A DNA stretch of 63,802 bases, the filler included, from Octopus bimaculoides (lineage: Eukaryota): NCBI RefSeq assembly GCF_001194135.2. It is 4 parts of 4 records of this genome, joined end to end, with 100 filler letters (N's around TTAATTAATTAA, not from the genome) between each part and the next. Parts side by side here need not be neighbours in the genome. Positions count along the whole stretch, not along the records: positions 1 to 31,779 come from NC_068984.1; 3 more parts are not named here. One strand, written 5' to 3'. Shown in pieces: positions 12,020 to 23,659 of the stretch. A program made the position numbers and the translations under genes. The notes beneath the pieces are model-generated. The model saw nothing but the letters and a program-made list of their open reading frames with translations, made no database searches and had not been told where the DNA came from. The stretch's first letter is position 1. Every line of letters begins with the position of its first letter.

Positions 12020-12420
12020 TATGAAGATACGACTCTCCTGTCACAGTTCGAGCTGCATGCCTCTCAATATCTCCAACTTGCTAAAACATACTGAAGAGAG
12101 AACATTTATTTAGTCTGATCACTGAACAAATGCCGCAAAACATTGTAGCAATCCAGCCTCTGAAGACGAGATTGAAACCAGCTTCGCTTAGAACAGACAC
12201 CTTATAACAATCAACAGTCGCTATCGCTAGCTGGTAGCTGTTATGAGGTTGGCTTATAACGATCCGGTCCTCACCTGAGATAGATCTAGTACTGATGTAG
12301 AGGTTGCTGGAGGTTTGCGAATTTCTCACTATCGACCCTAGAGCTCGTGCCCACCTCATCGCGATCACCTTTGCTAAAGTATTTAACTCGGGAGTTTACC
12401 AGTGTTATGGGACTAAAATT
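12020..12420 (+). mobile_element. Possible degraded Gypsy gag remnant
   Basis: Weak motifs QFELH.., PYNN, RAHLIA; no intact frame. Confidence 0.2.
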
Positions 12421-12989
12421 GCCTACTTTGTCCCCCACCCCTGTTTTGAATTATTCTTCATCAGTGCCGCAACTCCATGAATAATTCAATTTGGATTTCG
12501 TTTGACTGGTTCCAGTTATGATAGGCATCTATCGAAACAGTAGCAAAAAGATTTCATATGGTACAAAACAGTTCGAAAAGCAGATCACGCAGTCCAGAAC
12601 CACTACTAGAACCACTGATGAACACATCCTCAGCTGCAGAAATCGGCTTTTGACAGTATTTTACCTTCCACCAAGAGTTGTGGAATACTGTCGAAGTAAC
12701 TAACTCCACTGCCTCTTGTCTGTCGCTTGCTGAAAAAAACTGGAACACATTTAAGTGGTATTGGATAGCACCTGCTTGTTGCTATCAGTGAAAGACCCGA
12801 GCTGTGGTGTTGTTGCCACGCACTCACACACACACACACACACACACAATGCCCAAAGTATGCTTCCTTGTCTTGAAGAAAAGATCAAAGGCAAATTTTC
12901 ATCGCTAGTCACACCGTAACGATGTTCCTTCGATTACTCTCTTCTTGTTGATTGACTAATTCCTCCTAGACTGTTGGATTCTTTGGCTG

Positions 12990-13366
12990 CTATTTCTTGC
13001 AGGTCGAGCAACCACTCGTTGAAGTGGTGGTGGTGGTGGTGGTGGTGGTTATGGTGATGATGATGATGATGAGAAGGAGGAGGAGGAGGTGGTACAGGTA
13101 ACGAGGGTAGCAATGGTGATGATAGTTATAGTGATGATATTTATATGGATGGTAATAATGGAATTTGATGTTGTTTCGGTTGTTGTTGTTGTTGTTGTTA
13201 TTGTTGTTTAGCTCTAGGCTACTATTATTGAGAAGACCAATAATCAAAGGCCTCCTAGCTAAGACCATTCTGTAGATTTTAGTTGTGTTGGCTGTGATGA
13301 CATACGTAAAAGTAATATTAATAATGATGATGATGATGTTGACGATGATGATGGTGGTAGAAGAAG

Positions 13367-13397
<31 letters not shown>

Positions 13398-13494
13398 GGG
13401 AGTGATGGTGATGATGGTAAATCTTTTTTTTTTCATTTGTGCGATTTTTGCATTTATTGCCTTGACCTTGAAAACTTGAAATCGAGGCAGCAAC

Positions 13495-13556
<62 letters not shown>

Positions 13557-13560
13557 AGAG
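12990..13560. repeat. Trinucleotide microsatellite mosaic (GGT, GAT, GGA, GTT, GAA, TAG) with unique spacers
   Basis: Direct reading. Confidence 0.9.
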
Positions 13561-13678
13561 ACGTTGGAAGCTGATTGGCTGAGACAAGTGTGTGTGTGTG
13601 TGTGTGTGTGTGTNNNNNNNNNNGTAGTAGTAGTAGTAGTAGTAGTAAGAGACGTTGGAAGCTGATTGGCTGAGACAA

Positions 13679-13711
<33 letters not shown>

Positions 13712-14281
13712 TATGTGTGTGTGTGGTGGGTGGATAATAGGGACGGTGTAGACAGGCAGTGTTTTAGGGGAGGGAATAAGAGAGGGTATTTATATGTGCA
13801 TGTGTGTATGTGTGTATGTGTGTATGAGCGAGAGAGAGAGAGAGAGAGAGAGGGTGAGAGAGAAAAGGCAGACAGGGGGCGTGGCAGAGGTGAGGAGAAG
13901 ACGATAAAAAAAAAACGGTGAGTGTTATAGGTTTTGAGGAGGAGAGATATGTTTGTTTAGCGGTTGTGTTGTGTTGTAGTATCTTGTGGTGTTGTGTAGT
14001 GTAAAATGACATGATGTTGTGAGGTATGATACTCTGTGATATGTTGTGTTGTGGTTGCGATGTTGTGTGGTGCGCTGTTCTATGTTGTACTTCATCCTGG
14101 TCTTGTACGGCGTCTTACGACGTTGTGTGTTTTGTTGTAGTACGAATGTCTCGTTTTGTGATGTTATGTGGTACATATAGTGCGATGTGTTGTGATGAGG
14201 TATATAGATTTGGTAGATGGAAACTGAAAGACCGTCGTGTATGTATGTATGTATGTATGTATGTATTTGTGTGCGTGTGTG

Positions 14282-14313
<32 letters not shown>

Positions 14314-14315
14314 CC

Positions 14316-14540
14316 CCAGCCATTGCTTGACACCTGATGCTGGTGTCCCATATCTAGCGGTTCGGCAAAAGAGACCGGTAGAATAAGTACTAGGCTTACA
14401 AAGAATAAGTCCTTGGGTCGATTTTGTTCGACTAAAANNNNNNNNNNAGAATAAGTACTAGGCTTACAAAGAATAAGTCCTTGGGTCGATTTTGTTCGAC
14501 TAAAACCCTTTAAGGCGGTGCTCCAGCATGGCGGCCACTG
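14316..14540 (+). mobile_element. SINE family D (internal duplication across 10-N gap is artefactual)
   Basis: gaataagtactaggcttacaaagaataagtcc...ggcggtgctccagcatggc; reverse copy at 48343-48520, tail at 30620-30685. Confidence 0.75.
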
Positions 14541-15520
14541 GTACCATGTAAGCCAGTACCACCTGTTCAATGGTCGAGTGACCGGCGACTAAACCGGCTT
14601 CCCCACTAGAATAGTAGCATGCTGCTCTTTTGTGAGGACGGTACCTGGACACACAGCAAAACTAAAAGCAAAATATGTCAAAGGGTGGTCGTGCTCCTTG
14701 TGGGCGAAGGGCCATCCAGTTGGGGAAGGTAATCGCAATCCACCTATAATATCCTTGCCAAGAAAAGACTATGAGAGAGTCAGAACAGAGTATCAATACT
14801 GTGGCTTCGTACTATGGGAGAAATCGCGCTTAATCGGGAGACTTCATTGTAGAGTCATCAACATGCAGCAATAAGCGCACGATACGTGACAACGACGACG
14901 AATGTATTGTTGTGTAGCATTGTGTTATGTTGCAGTGCAGTTAAATGTGGCATTGTATGGTATGGTACACTGTGATATAGTGTGATGTGGTATTGGACAA
15001 TGCTTTGCAGTGTTATAATGTGACAAATTAGAGCTGGGTGACGGACGACGAGAAGATATAAAAAAGAAGAAGAGGAAGGGAGATTACTCAGGGGACATAT
15101 ATATGTATATATTTGTGCGTCGACGTTTGCATGTGTATGTAGCTATCTGTGAACCTATATATGCGTCAATGTGTGCATTTAAGCATGTATTTTTATGTAT
15201 GTATGTTTATGGATGTCAGCATCTGTGTATGTGTATTTAAGCATGCATTTATATATGTATGTATGCATGTATGTATGTATGTATGTATGTATGTATGTAT
15301 GTATGTATGTATGTATGTATTCATGCATGTATATGATGGATGTCAGTAGTATATGTGTTTCTATGTGTATATATATGTGACTGTGTGTACATCCATATGT
15401 GTAAATGTGTGGACCTCTGACTTTTGACCACGTCGAAGCTAGCATTCGATGTATGTCTATCAGAGCGCATCTTTATCAATACTTGTGTATCTGTGTGTGA
15501 ATTTATGCATATGTGCCTGA

Positions 15521-15554
<34 letters not shown>

Positions 15555-15849
15555 TTGTATGTATGTATGTATGTATGTATGTATGTATATAACACTGTGC
15601 ATCTATACGTATATGTATTCATATATAAACGTATGGGTATATGTGCATAATTATTTCTGTGTGTATGCACACACACACACACACAAGCACAAAAACGTAC
15701 AGATATGTGTGTGTGTGAGTGTGTATGTGTGTGTGGAGTGTACGCGTATGTACATGTGTGTGTGTATGTGTGTGTTAAGTGTGGCGAAGGCAAAGGTGTT
15801 GGCGAGACTGATGATGACTGATGACAGATTGAGTAAGAGAGTGACAACG

Positions 15850-15924
<75 letters not shown>

Positions 15925-16264
15925 TGTGTGTGCGTGGTAAGGGATTGAGAGAAGACAGGGTAAACGAGGGTAGTGAAGGAATGAAAGACAGTATGTCTGC
16001 CTTCTGTAATAGGCTCATACAATGTACATACACACGCACACACACACAACTGCATACACATACAAATACATACACACACATGTATGATGCATACACATGC
16101 ACTAAAAATGCAATCGCATGCGCCTACACATATATATATACATGCTTACATACAAACGTACACAATTACCCTCGCATACACATGTCTACATCAACCTACT
16201 TGAAATGTCACCAAGGAAGACAAAATACAGGCAGAAACTCGGCAATAGACAGACAGACAGACAG

Positions 16265-16317
<53 letters not shown>

Positions 16318-16456
16318 TACATATACACAACTGTATATGTGTATACGTTTATATATGTGTGTATGTGTGTGCGTATATATATATATATATAAGTATATAT
16401 TTCTATATATACATATATATGCTTATATATATTATATGTATGTATATTATACATAG

Positions 16457-16503
<47 letters not shown>

Positions 16504-16640
16504 CATATACATACGTATGTATGTATATGTGTGTCTGTGTCTGTGTATGTGTGTGTGTCTGTCAACATGTATACACACATGACTAGCTCTCTCCTTCTCT
16601 CTCTCTCTCTCTCTCTGAGTGTGTGCGTGTGTGTGTGTAA

Positions 16641-16671
<31 letters not shown>

Positions 16672-17178
16672 TGTATGTATGCATGTATGTATGTATGTAT
16701 GTGTAGTCACTATATACAGGAATATTCGCAAGCACAATATCCGTGTATTGAAATGGGCTCAACAAAAAAAACTTCTCCACATAAGCAATAGATGTACGAA
16801 AGTGAAAACGTATGTGTATGCGTGTACACATACATACAAGCATACATACATATATACATACATACATACATACATACATACATACGTATGTATGTATACA
16901 CACATCTGCTTTGATGTACATACATACATTCATATATACATACATAAATACATAGATATAATACAAGAGACGAAGAGGAGTATATTAAAACCCATGCAAA
17001 GTAGAATCTCGATTTATTGAAATTATCTCCGGTCTCAGGGATTTTAGAAGAAACGCTTTATGGCGACTTAAACCAAATACAAATAAAAATAGAAAACAAT
17101 TTCACCAATCAGAAATTCTAGAAATTAAATATGCCATAATGGAAAAAAGCAATCACGTTGTCTGGAGACAGGAGGACA

Positions 17179-17223
17179 GCTGTCGACGTGTATTTCTGCC
17201 TCAGTAGGCTTCATCAGAACTAC
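17179..17223 (-). ncRNA. Degenerate minimal hammerhead-like motif
   Basis: Minus strand GUAGUU-CUGAUGA-A-GCCU(ACUG)AGGC-A-GAAA-UACACG-UC-GACAGC; extra A before GAAA. Confidence 0.3.
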
Positions 17224-17308
17224 TGTTGCCCAACCTATCTCCAGCACACGGGAAACTTAGCTATATACAGAAAGAGTATAGCATACTGACTGATACACCC
17301 ATACAACA

Positions 17309-17362
<54 letters not shown>

Positions 17363-18294
17363 CACACACACACATATATATATACATACACACACACATA
17401 TACAACGCACATATACACACATACAACAGCATCTCCTCAAGACGCAAACTGAAATGCATCTTCATGTATGCATGACTTTATGTAATGGGGAAAATGCACA
17501 CCATTGAAAACTTTGTTTATTACAAATATATAACGATCCCCAAACTATTCAGAAGACATTTACACGAGAAGTATGTATTTAAGTCATTTATGACTTTATT
17601 ATACCTTACACTCAGTTCAGTAAGTTTCGCGAGGACGAATTAAATCGCTTATGCCAGTGTAATACAAAGGAAAAAATAAAGACATTTTGGTGTCCTTTCT
17701 TCAGCGAGAGGAAGATACACGGAAATGGAATCAATATTACTCCTTTTGAAATGTCTCTCACAATGGCAGAGAAATCCACTTCCTCTATCTTTCTCTCCCT
17801 CCCCATCTCGCTCTTTCATACACACACATACACAAAGTGTAAGTGAAGGGGTGGGGAGGGAGAGAGAATCATTTGTTCAAATATAAGATAGTAAAATGAG
17901 AACAGAAAGGAGAGGCCAGATTAATAGTGATAGGAAAAAACAACAATAATATCAATAGCAACAACAACAAAAACAGAATATGATAAAGCAAGAAATCACA
18001 CGTCATGCACAGGAGGCAGTGTGTGCATGTGTGTGNNNNNNNNNNNNNNNNNNNNNNNNNNNNNNNNNNNNNNNNNNNNNNNNNNNNNNNNNNNNNNNNN
18101 NNNNNNNNNNNNNNNNNNNNNNNNNNNNNNNNNNNGTGTGTGAGTGTGTGTGCGTGTGTGTGTGTGTGTGTGTGGAGGGGTGTATACATACATATACATA
18201 TACGTATGCATACAATTTTTCTTATTAGCTCAGTATACTTAACTTACTCAAGCACGTAGAGTTTCGTGCCAATTCACACAAACACACACACATT

Positions 18295-18334
<40 letters not shown>

Positions 18335-18526
18335 TGTGTGTGTGTGTATGTATGTGTGGGTATATATTTTTAGATAGATACATAGATAGAGAGAGAGAAA
18401 TAATTGTGTGTATATATACACATATATATATATATATATATACACGGTTTGTGTGTGTGTTTGTATATTTTAAGTATATATGTGCTCGTCTCTCTATATA
18501 TCCATTTGTCAACCTACCTAGCCATC

Positions 18527-18558
<32 letters not shown>

Positions 18559-18735
18559 CAATCTGAAATATATACATATATATACATACAGACACACACN
18601 NNNNNNNNNNNNNNNNNNNNNNNNNNNNNNNNNNNNNNNNNNNNNNNNNNNNNNNNNNNNNNNNNNNNNNNNNNNNNNNNNNNNNNNNNNNNNNNNNNNN
18701 NNNNNNNNNNNNNNNNNNNNNNNNNNNNNNNNNNN

Positions 18736-18768
<33 letters not shown>

Positions 18769-19099
18769 AACATACATACGCATGCGGGCTCGCGCATAGA
18801 CTCTATGTGAAGTGGAGTATGTGAGACAGCTGTGAATGAAAAGATGCCTGGTGTCAATCTAGGAGGGGGGTGATAGGGAGAGGACAGACTAGATGGGAGG
18901 GACTGTGTGAGACGGGGGACAGCGTGACAGCGAGAAGAGGAGAGATAGAAGGAAAGGTAAAGCGCGAGGGAGGGAGAAAGAAAGAAAGAAAGAAACAAGG
19001 CGAAGGGAATGAGAGAGTAAAACAACAGTGGTGGTGGTGGCGTCGACTGCGACGGAGGCGGTTGCTACTGTTGGTTGCATTTGTTGTAGTGATGTAATG

Positions 19100-19900
19100 A
19101 GATAATGCTGGCGGTGGCGGTGGAGCAGATGGCGGCGACGAATTTTGTGATATTTCTAGTCAATGGCGGCCATGCTACAGCTTGTAGCTTTTTGTAGTAG
19201 TAGTAGTAGTAGTAGTAGTAGCATGGAAGTAGCGTTTATTGCCAATGGGTGCAATGAGCTGGCTATATATGCTACTATTTTTAGATTATAAATACCTCTA
19301 GAGGGGAGGCTTTGTCTACTAATTGTTCGGATAGTCTCTAGTATAGCGATGATAATAATTAAGACTGGCGTTTGGGATGGTTTAGTAGCTGTGCTGATTA
19401 CAGTTTAAGTGCCAGCAACAGTACTGGTGGTGCTGGTTAGTGTGGTAGCAGTTGTTACGGAGGTAGTGTTGATGTTGTTTGGAGGCGCTGCTGGTAGTAG
19501 TGAAGCGGTGGTGCTGGTTGAGATGCTAGTATAGGAAGTAGTAGTAGTAGTAGTGTTGTGGTGTCAGTGGTGGTGGTAATGTTTGAGGGATGCGCTGGCA
19601 GTTGTGGCGGTGGTAGTATTATTGTCTGGCTTACAGCAGCGAGGTCGTTGACACCAGACAACAATGGCGGCCTGCTCCCTGTTGCTGCTGCTGCTGTTCC
19701 TGTTCCTGTTTCTGCTGCTGTTTCTGCTGCTGCTGCTGCTATTTCTGCTGCTGCTGCTGCTGCTTTGTTTCCTACTGCTGCTACTCTCTTCGTTGCTGCT
19801 GCTGCTGTCTTTTTATTATTGATGCAATTGCTATCGTTCCAGTTGATGTTACTGCAGCTGATATTGCAGCTGTTACAGTTATTGTTGTTGTTGTTGCATT

Positions 19901-19954
<54 letters not shown>

Positions 19955-20460
19955 CACAGTGACTGCTGCTGCTGCTGCTGCTGCCCTCTGACGGTATTGA
20001 TGAGACGTGAAACACCGGAGATAGAAAGGATATCCGGTGGTAGTTGCACGGCAGGAGTGAGAGGATAATGGTGTTGATGGTGGNNNNNNNNNNNNNNNNN
20101 NNNNNNNNNNNNNNNNNNNNNNNNNNNNNNNNNNNNNNNNNNNNNNNNNNNNNNNNNNNNNNNNNNNNNNNNNNNNNNNNNNNNNNNNNNNNNNNNNNNN
20201 NNNNNNNNNNNNNNNNNNNNNNNNNNNNNNNNNNNNNNNNNNNNNNNNNNNNNNNNNNNNNNNNNNNNNNNNNNNNNNNNNNNNNNNNNNNNNNNNNTGG
20301 TGGTGGTGGTGGTGGTGGTGGTGGTGGTGATGGGGTGGGATGGTGGTTGGTGGGGTGGTGACCGATAAAAACAGTCCGAGTTAGCTGTCAGCAAAAGCAT
20401 CAAGGTCAACAATACTAGGCACAAAATTACATGCGGTGGTGGGAGGTGGGAGGTGGATGT
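19100..20460. repeat. Trinucleotide low-complexity mosaic (TAG, GCT, TTG, TAC, GGT)
   Basis: Direct reading; contains a stop-free minus frame from the gap to 19455. Confidence 0.85.
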
Positions 20461-21149
20461 TATTAGTGTCCATTAAATTAACCCCAATGTATAACTGATA
20501 CTCCATTTCTTACCGGATCCGGAAGGTTGACTTCTGTGACATCTCGACCAAGGACATGGAGGGGTATATCTAAATGCCACAAAACATTGCAGGTCGGTAC
20601 AGTGTGAGGTTAACAAAAAAAGAGCGAGCAAACAAGAGAAATGACAAAAACGAAAGACGAAAATTTAATGGCTTCTAATCTCTAATGAAGACCAGTAACT
20701 TTTGAGCCGACCGAGGCTAGTTCATACCATTGACCCTCCCCACCACCACCCAAATACCTGACTGGTACTTTATTTTACGAAGCCCAACAACGTCCACTTC
20801 GGCAGTATTTGCCTTTTATCATTGCGAAGTCGATAGAATAAGTACTAGTTGAGCAGTGAGGTCGTTGTAAGCAACCAACTAATATTGCTAGTCTTGTGTA
20901 AAAATTTGACACCAAGCAGGTGATTTCTGTCGCTGGACTAAGGTCTTGTGAAAGTGTTCGGAGTCTGGTTCGGACCAGAACTCCAAGTGAACAGAAACTG
21001 GGAATGTTACTAGCAGGGTGGCCAATCTTACACAGAAATGGGGTGAGAGGAAGCTATTTCTGACAGGCCGGACGGAAGAAGCGAGTGCATATATCAGTTC
21101 AGTGGTGTACTACCGCCTGACTTCCGTACCTTATCCCAAGAAATTTCTG

Positions 21150-21730
21150 GGATCTATTTTAAAACGGGGGCCACAGTATTTTCTTAACGAAACACTTTGA
21201 AACTTGGAACACTGGTAGAATGTGTCATATAAAACATCTTTTTCTCTTAGTCTTCTTTAAAAAAAAAGAAATCCCTAAGTTATTCCATGTTAAAGTTGTC
21301 GTATTTCTGTAATTTCAACCAATCACTGACGTCCATTCAGCCGATATACATTAAGTGCCGACTACATAAACAAACGATTCTGAAACAATTCTATCGGTGA
21401 TAAAATTATTATTTCCTTGTCAAAAAATGGCTGAAGCATATTNNNNNNNNNNAAATGAAAAGCAAATAAAACGAAGCTATGGAGATTAAATACCCTTTAC
21501 ACCGCTTAATCAGCCAAAGGAGTAAATGTAAACAACTGAATACTTGTCAGTGATTGGTTGAAATTATCGAAATAAGACAATTTTTTACATGAAATAAATT
21601 CGAATACAAAAATATTTTTCTGTTCTATAACACAAAATAGATAAGTATACGAAGTTTGAAAGTCTTTCGGTGCCAAAAACACTACGTAAAACATTAATGA
21701 AAAATGTGGCCCCCGTTTTAAAATAGATCC
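21150..21730. mobile_element. Non-autonomous DNA transposon (MITE), 26-bp TIRs, 8-bp TSD; Merlin-like or hAT-like
   Basis: TIR GGATCTATTTTAAAACGGGGGCCACA at both ends; TSD AATTTCTG at 21142-21149 and 21731-21738. Confidence 0.92.
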
Positions 21731-22090
21731 AATTTCTGTCCAGATTTGAATGCTTACTTTTCTGATTCTTATGAACGATTCAGGTTCCAATGGTCAGGAA
21801 ATTCATCTGCTTACAACACCCACTCCGTCATAGTCTCGAAATTCCTTCTTTGGTGATGTGCTGGTACGATCTGAGGTAGCTGCAGAAATATCTGAATCAT
21901 CTCGATGGTGTCAACAACGATGACGAAAACAGGAGCAAACCGGTGTGGACGTCTTTCGTACGACATGTCTTTTTAAATCTCGTCTCCTTGACCAAGTTGA
22001 GTGGTAGGTCAAGCGGAGACCAAGTTGAGTCGTAGGTCAACGGAGACCAAGATTGGGCGTTTGGCATCTAGAATGCTATCAGACGCTCAC

Positions 22091-22370
22091 TGTTATATTG
22101 ACTGTTAGATTTGTTTGTTGTTCGTTTGAAGTCCCATATTTCAATATAGTTCGTCTGGGGTCCGTCCCTGTTTCGTTGCTGTTTTGAGTGACTGTCGAGA
22201 TTGAACGGGATTGAGAGATATGGCGAGGAAAACATTCTTGTAAACACAAACGTTTCTTGATAATTAACATTCGGTGAGTGAGTCTTTTGTTATGGTTAAT
22301 AAATAAATGTAATGATTAAGTTGTACAACTCGTTGTGTTTTCTCTGCGAGTTCCCGAGAAGAATACAACA
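22091..22370 (+). mobile_element. Solo LTR (280 bp), 5-bp TSD, BEL/Pao- or Gypsy-type
   Basis: TGTTATATT...AATACAACA termini, TSD CTCAC at 22086-22090 and 22371-22375, AATAAA near 22298; Tx1 frame resumes after it. Confidence 0.8.
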
Positions 22371-23083
22371 CTCACAACATTGTAACGGCTGGACAAAGCC
22401 GTTAACGGGAAAACAGCTCACTATTTCTAGGGGCGGGTGGAGTTAGTTGAGAGTTTGAGGAATGATAGCCTAGCATTGACTCTGGGCATCGGCGAGGACA
22501 GTCTGGGTGGTCTCTTTCGGATGACTTTCGGGTCGAATACAATAGACAGTTTCAAAAAGTCCTAGGCAAGGCAGTGCTACAAGGAGGTATTACCTGTTCG
22601 AGACAAGCTCTTCAGGCATGGCAGCTCGAACAGTCAGTCCTGTCCGAGATGAATACAGAAGGACAAAACCGTCCTGCACGCAATCGTTCAGTATCTCCGC
22701 ATTAGCGACTTGGTGACTTGTGTCGAACAGCTGCTGTCTCGTGTATGATGAATCCGGCTGTCCGCTGAGTGTGCAGTAAGATCAACACACCACCTTCCTT
22801 TGGCCTGGAGGGGAAACAGGTTTTTCTGTTTAGTGGCTATGGCGAAAGAGGATATATAATGGACCCGTTTCAAAGGTTTGAAGACAGGCACTTTTATATC
22901 TTGTCAAGCTCTCATCAATTTCTTAAAACATCATTTGAAGAGGAAGGTGGGGGTATAGAGGTACTTGCTGCCTCCCAGTGTATTTATCGGGGGCTGGATG
23001 TCAGGGGTAAAACCGGAGAGGCTGAATGGACCTACTTTGAGTATGTTCTTCTTGCGCCTGTAGTAAGCAGCATTATTATTATT

Positions 23084-23117
23084 GGTATTTCGTCTGTCGT
23101 TATATTCTGAGTTCAAA
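23084..23117 (+). mobile_element. SINE family A fragment starting at ggtatttcgtc
   Basis: ggtatttcgtctgtcgttatattctgagttcaaa matches SINE-A just 3' of the head-hairpin loop. Confidence 0.65.
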
Positions 23118-23119
23118 AG

Positions 23120-23582
23120 CCACTGGGAAACGCTGACTGCACAAACAAGAGAAGGTCCAAGAAAATCAGACTGTGAAACTCATGTGCGACTTTACAATAC
23201 AGACAGATTTATTGAACATACAAGGCCAGATATAACTTTGGTGTAAGGACGTGTTTGCTGATCAATGTAACTTCCCCAGGGGATCATTACATCAATGGTA
23301 AAGAAAACGAGAAAATCGTAAAATATGAAGATTTGAGAACAGAAGTCGAGAAAATGTCGAGAGAATGCTTTCAAAGCAAGAGTGGTAGCAATCGTGATTG
23401 GAGCACTTGGATCGATGACAAAAAGCTTCCAGAAACACATTAACACAATTGGAATCTGTCTCAGTATTACTTCATGGTAAAAGAACACACTTTTTGAAAC
23501 GTCAAATATTCTGCGGTTACATAACTTGACAGGGAGTCAGTTAAATCCTCCATTGTTAACAGGATCATCACATTGCAAATGA

Positions 23583-23583
<1 letters not shown>
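23120..23583 (+). mobile_element. R4/Dong-like 3' end (RLE domain) with (TAA)n tail
   Basis: KLMCDFTIQT..TRPDITLV..NVTSPGDHYINGKENEKIVKYEDLR; ETSNILR; followed by (AAT)n 23584-23638. Confidence 0.75.
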
Positions 23584-23639
<56 letters not shown>

Positions 23640-23659
23640 TATTATTATTATTATTATTA

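Larger units (their letters stand above)
20946..23060 (+). pseudogene. Tx1/L1-like ORF2 3' half (thumb to zinc-finger region) with nested insertions
   Basis: FGVWFGPELQVNRNW, VTSRVANLTQKW, VVYYRLTSVPYP, PRLGVWHLEC, CYKEVLPVRDKLFRHG, TVLHAIVQ, HLKRKV; homologous to 4119-4300 and 62425-62960. Confidence 0.85.

Noticed and set aside
13496-13700. Direct duplications flanking short N gaps (13530-13613/13624-13700, 14380-14437/14448-14505, 59034-59082/59111-59160, 60597-60627/60637-60667, 60713-60743/60754-60785)
   Set aside because: Identical sequence on both sides of 10-29 Ns is typical of unmerged overlapping contig ends, not of real repeats or CRISPR units.
14680-14770. Possible HDV-like ribozyme in an RTE-UTR-like segment (GGGUGGU/GCCAUCC 7-bp pairing)
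   Set aside because: I could not build P1.1, L3 or P2 consistent with the HDV fold.
15149-16966. Dozens of ORFs such as [28 protein letters not shown] here and across the window
   Set aside because: Translations of (TATG)n, (CA)n, (TA)n and (GATA)n microsatellites; no coding evidence.
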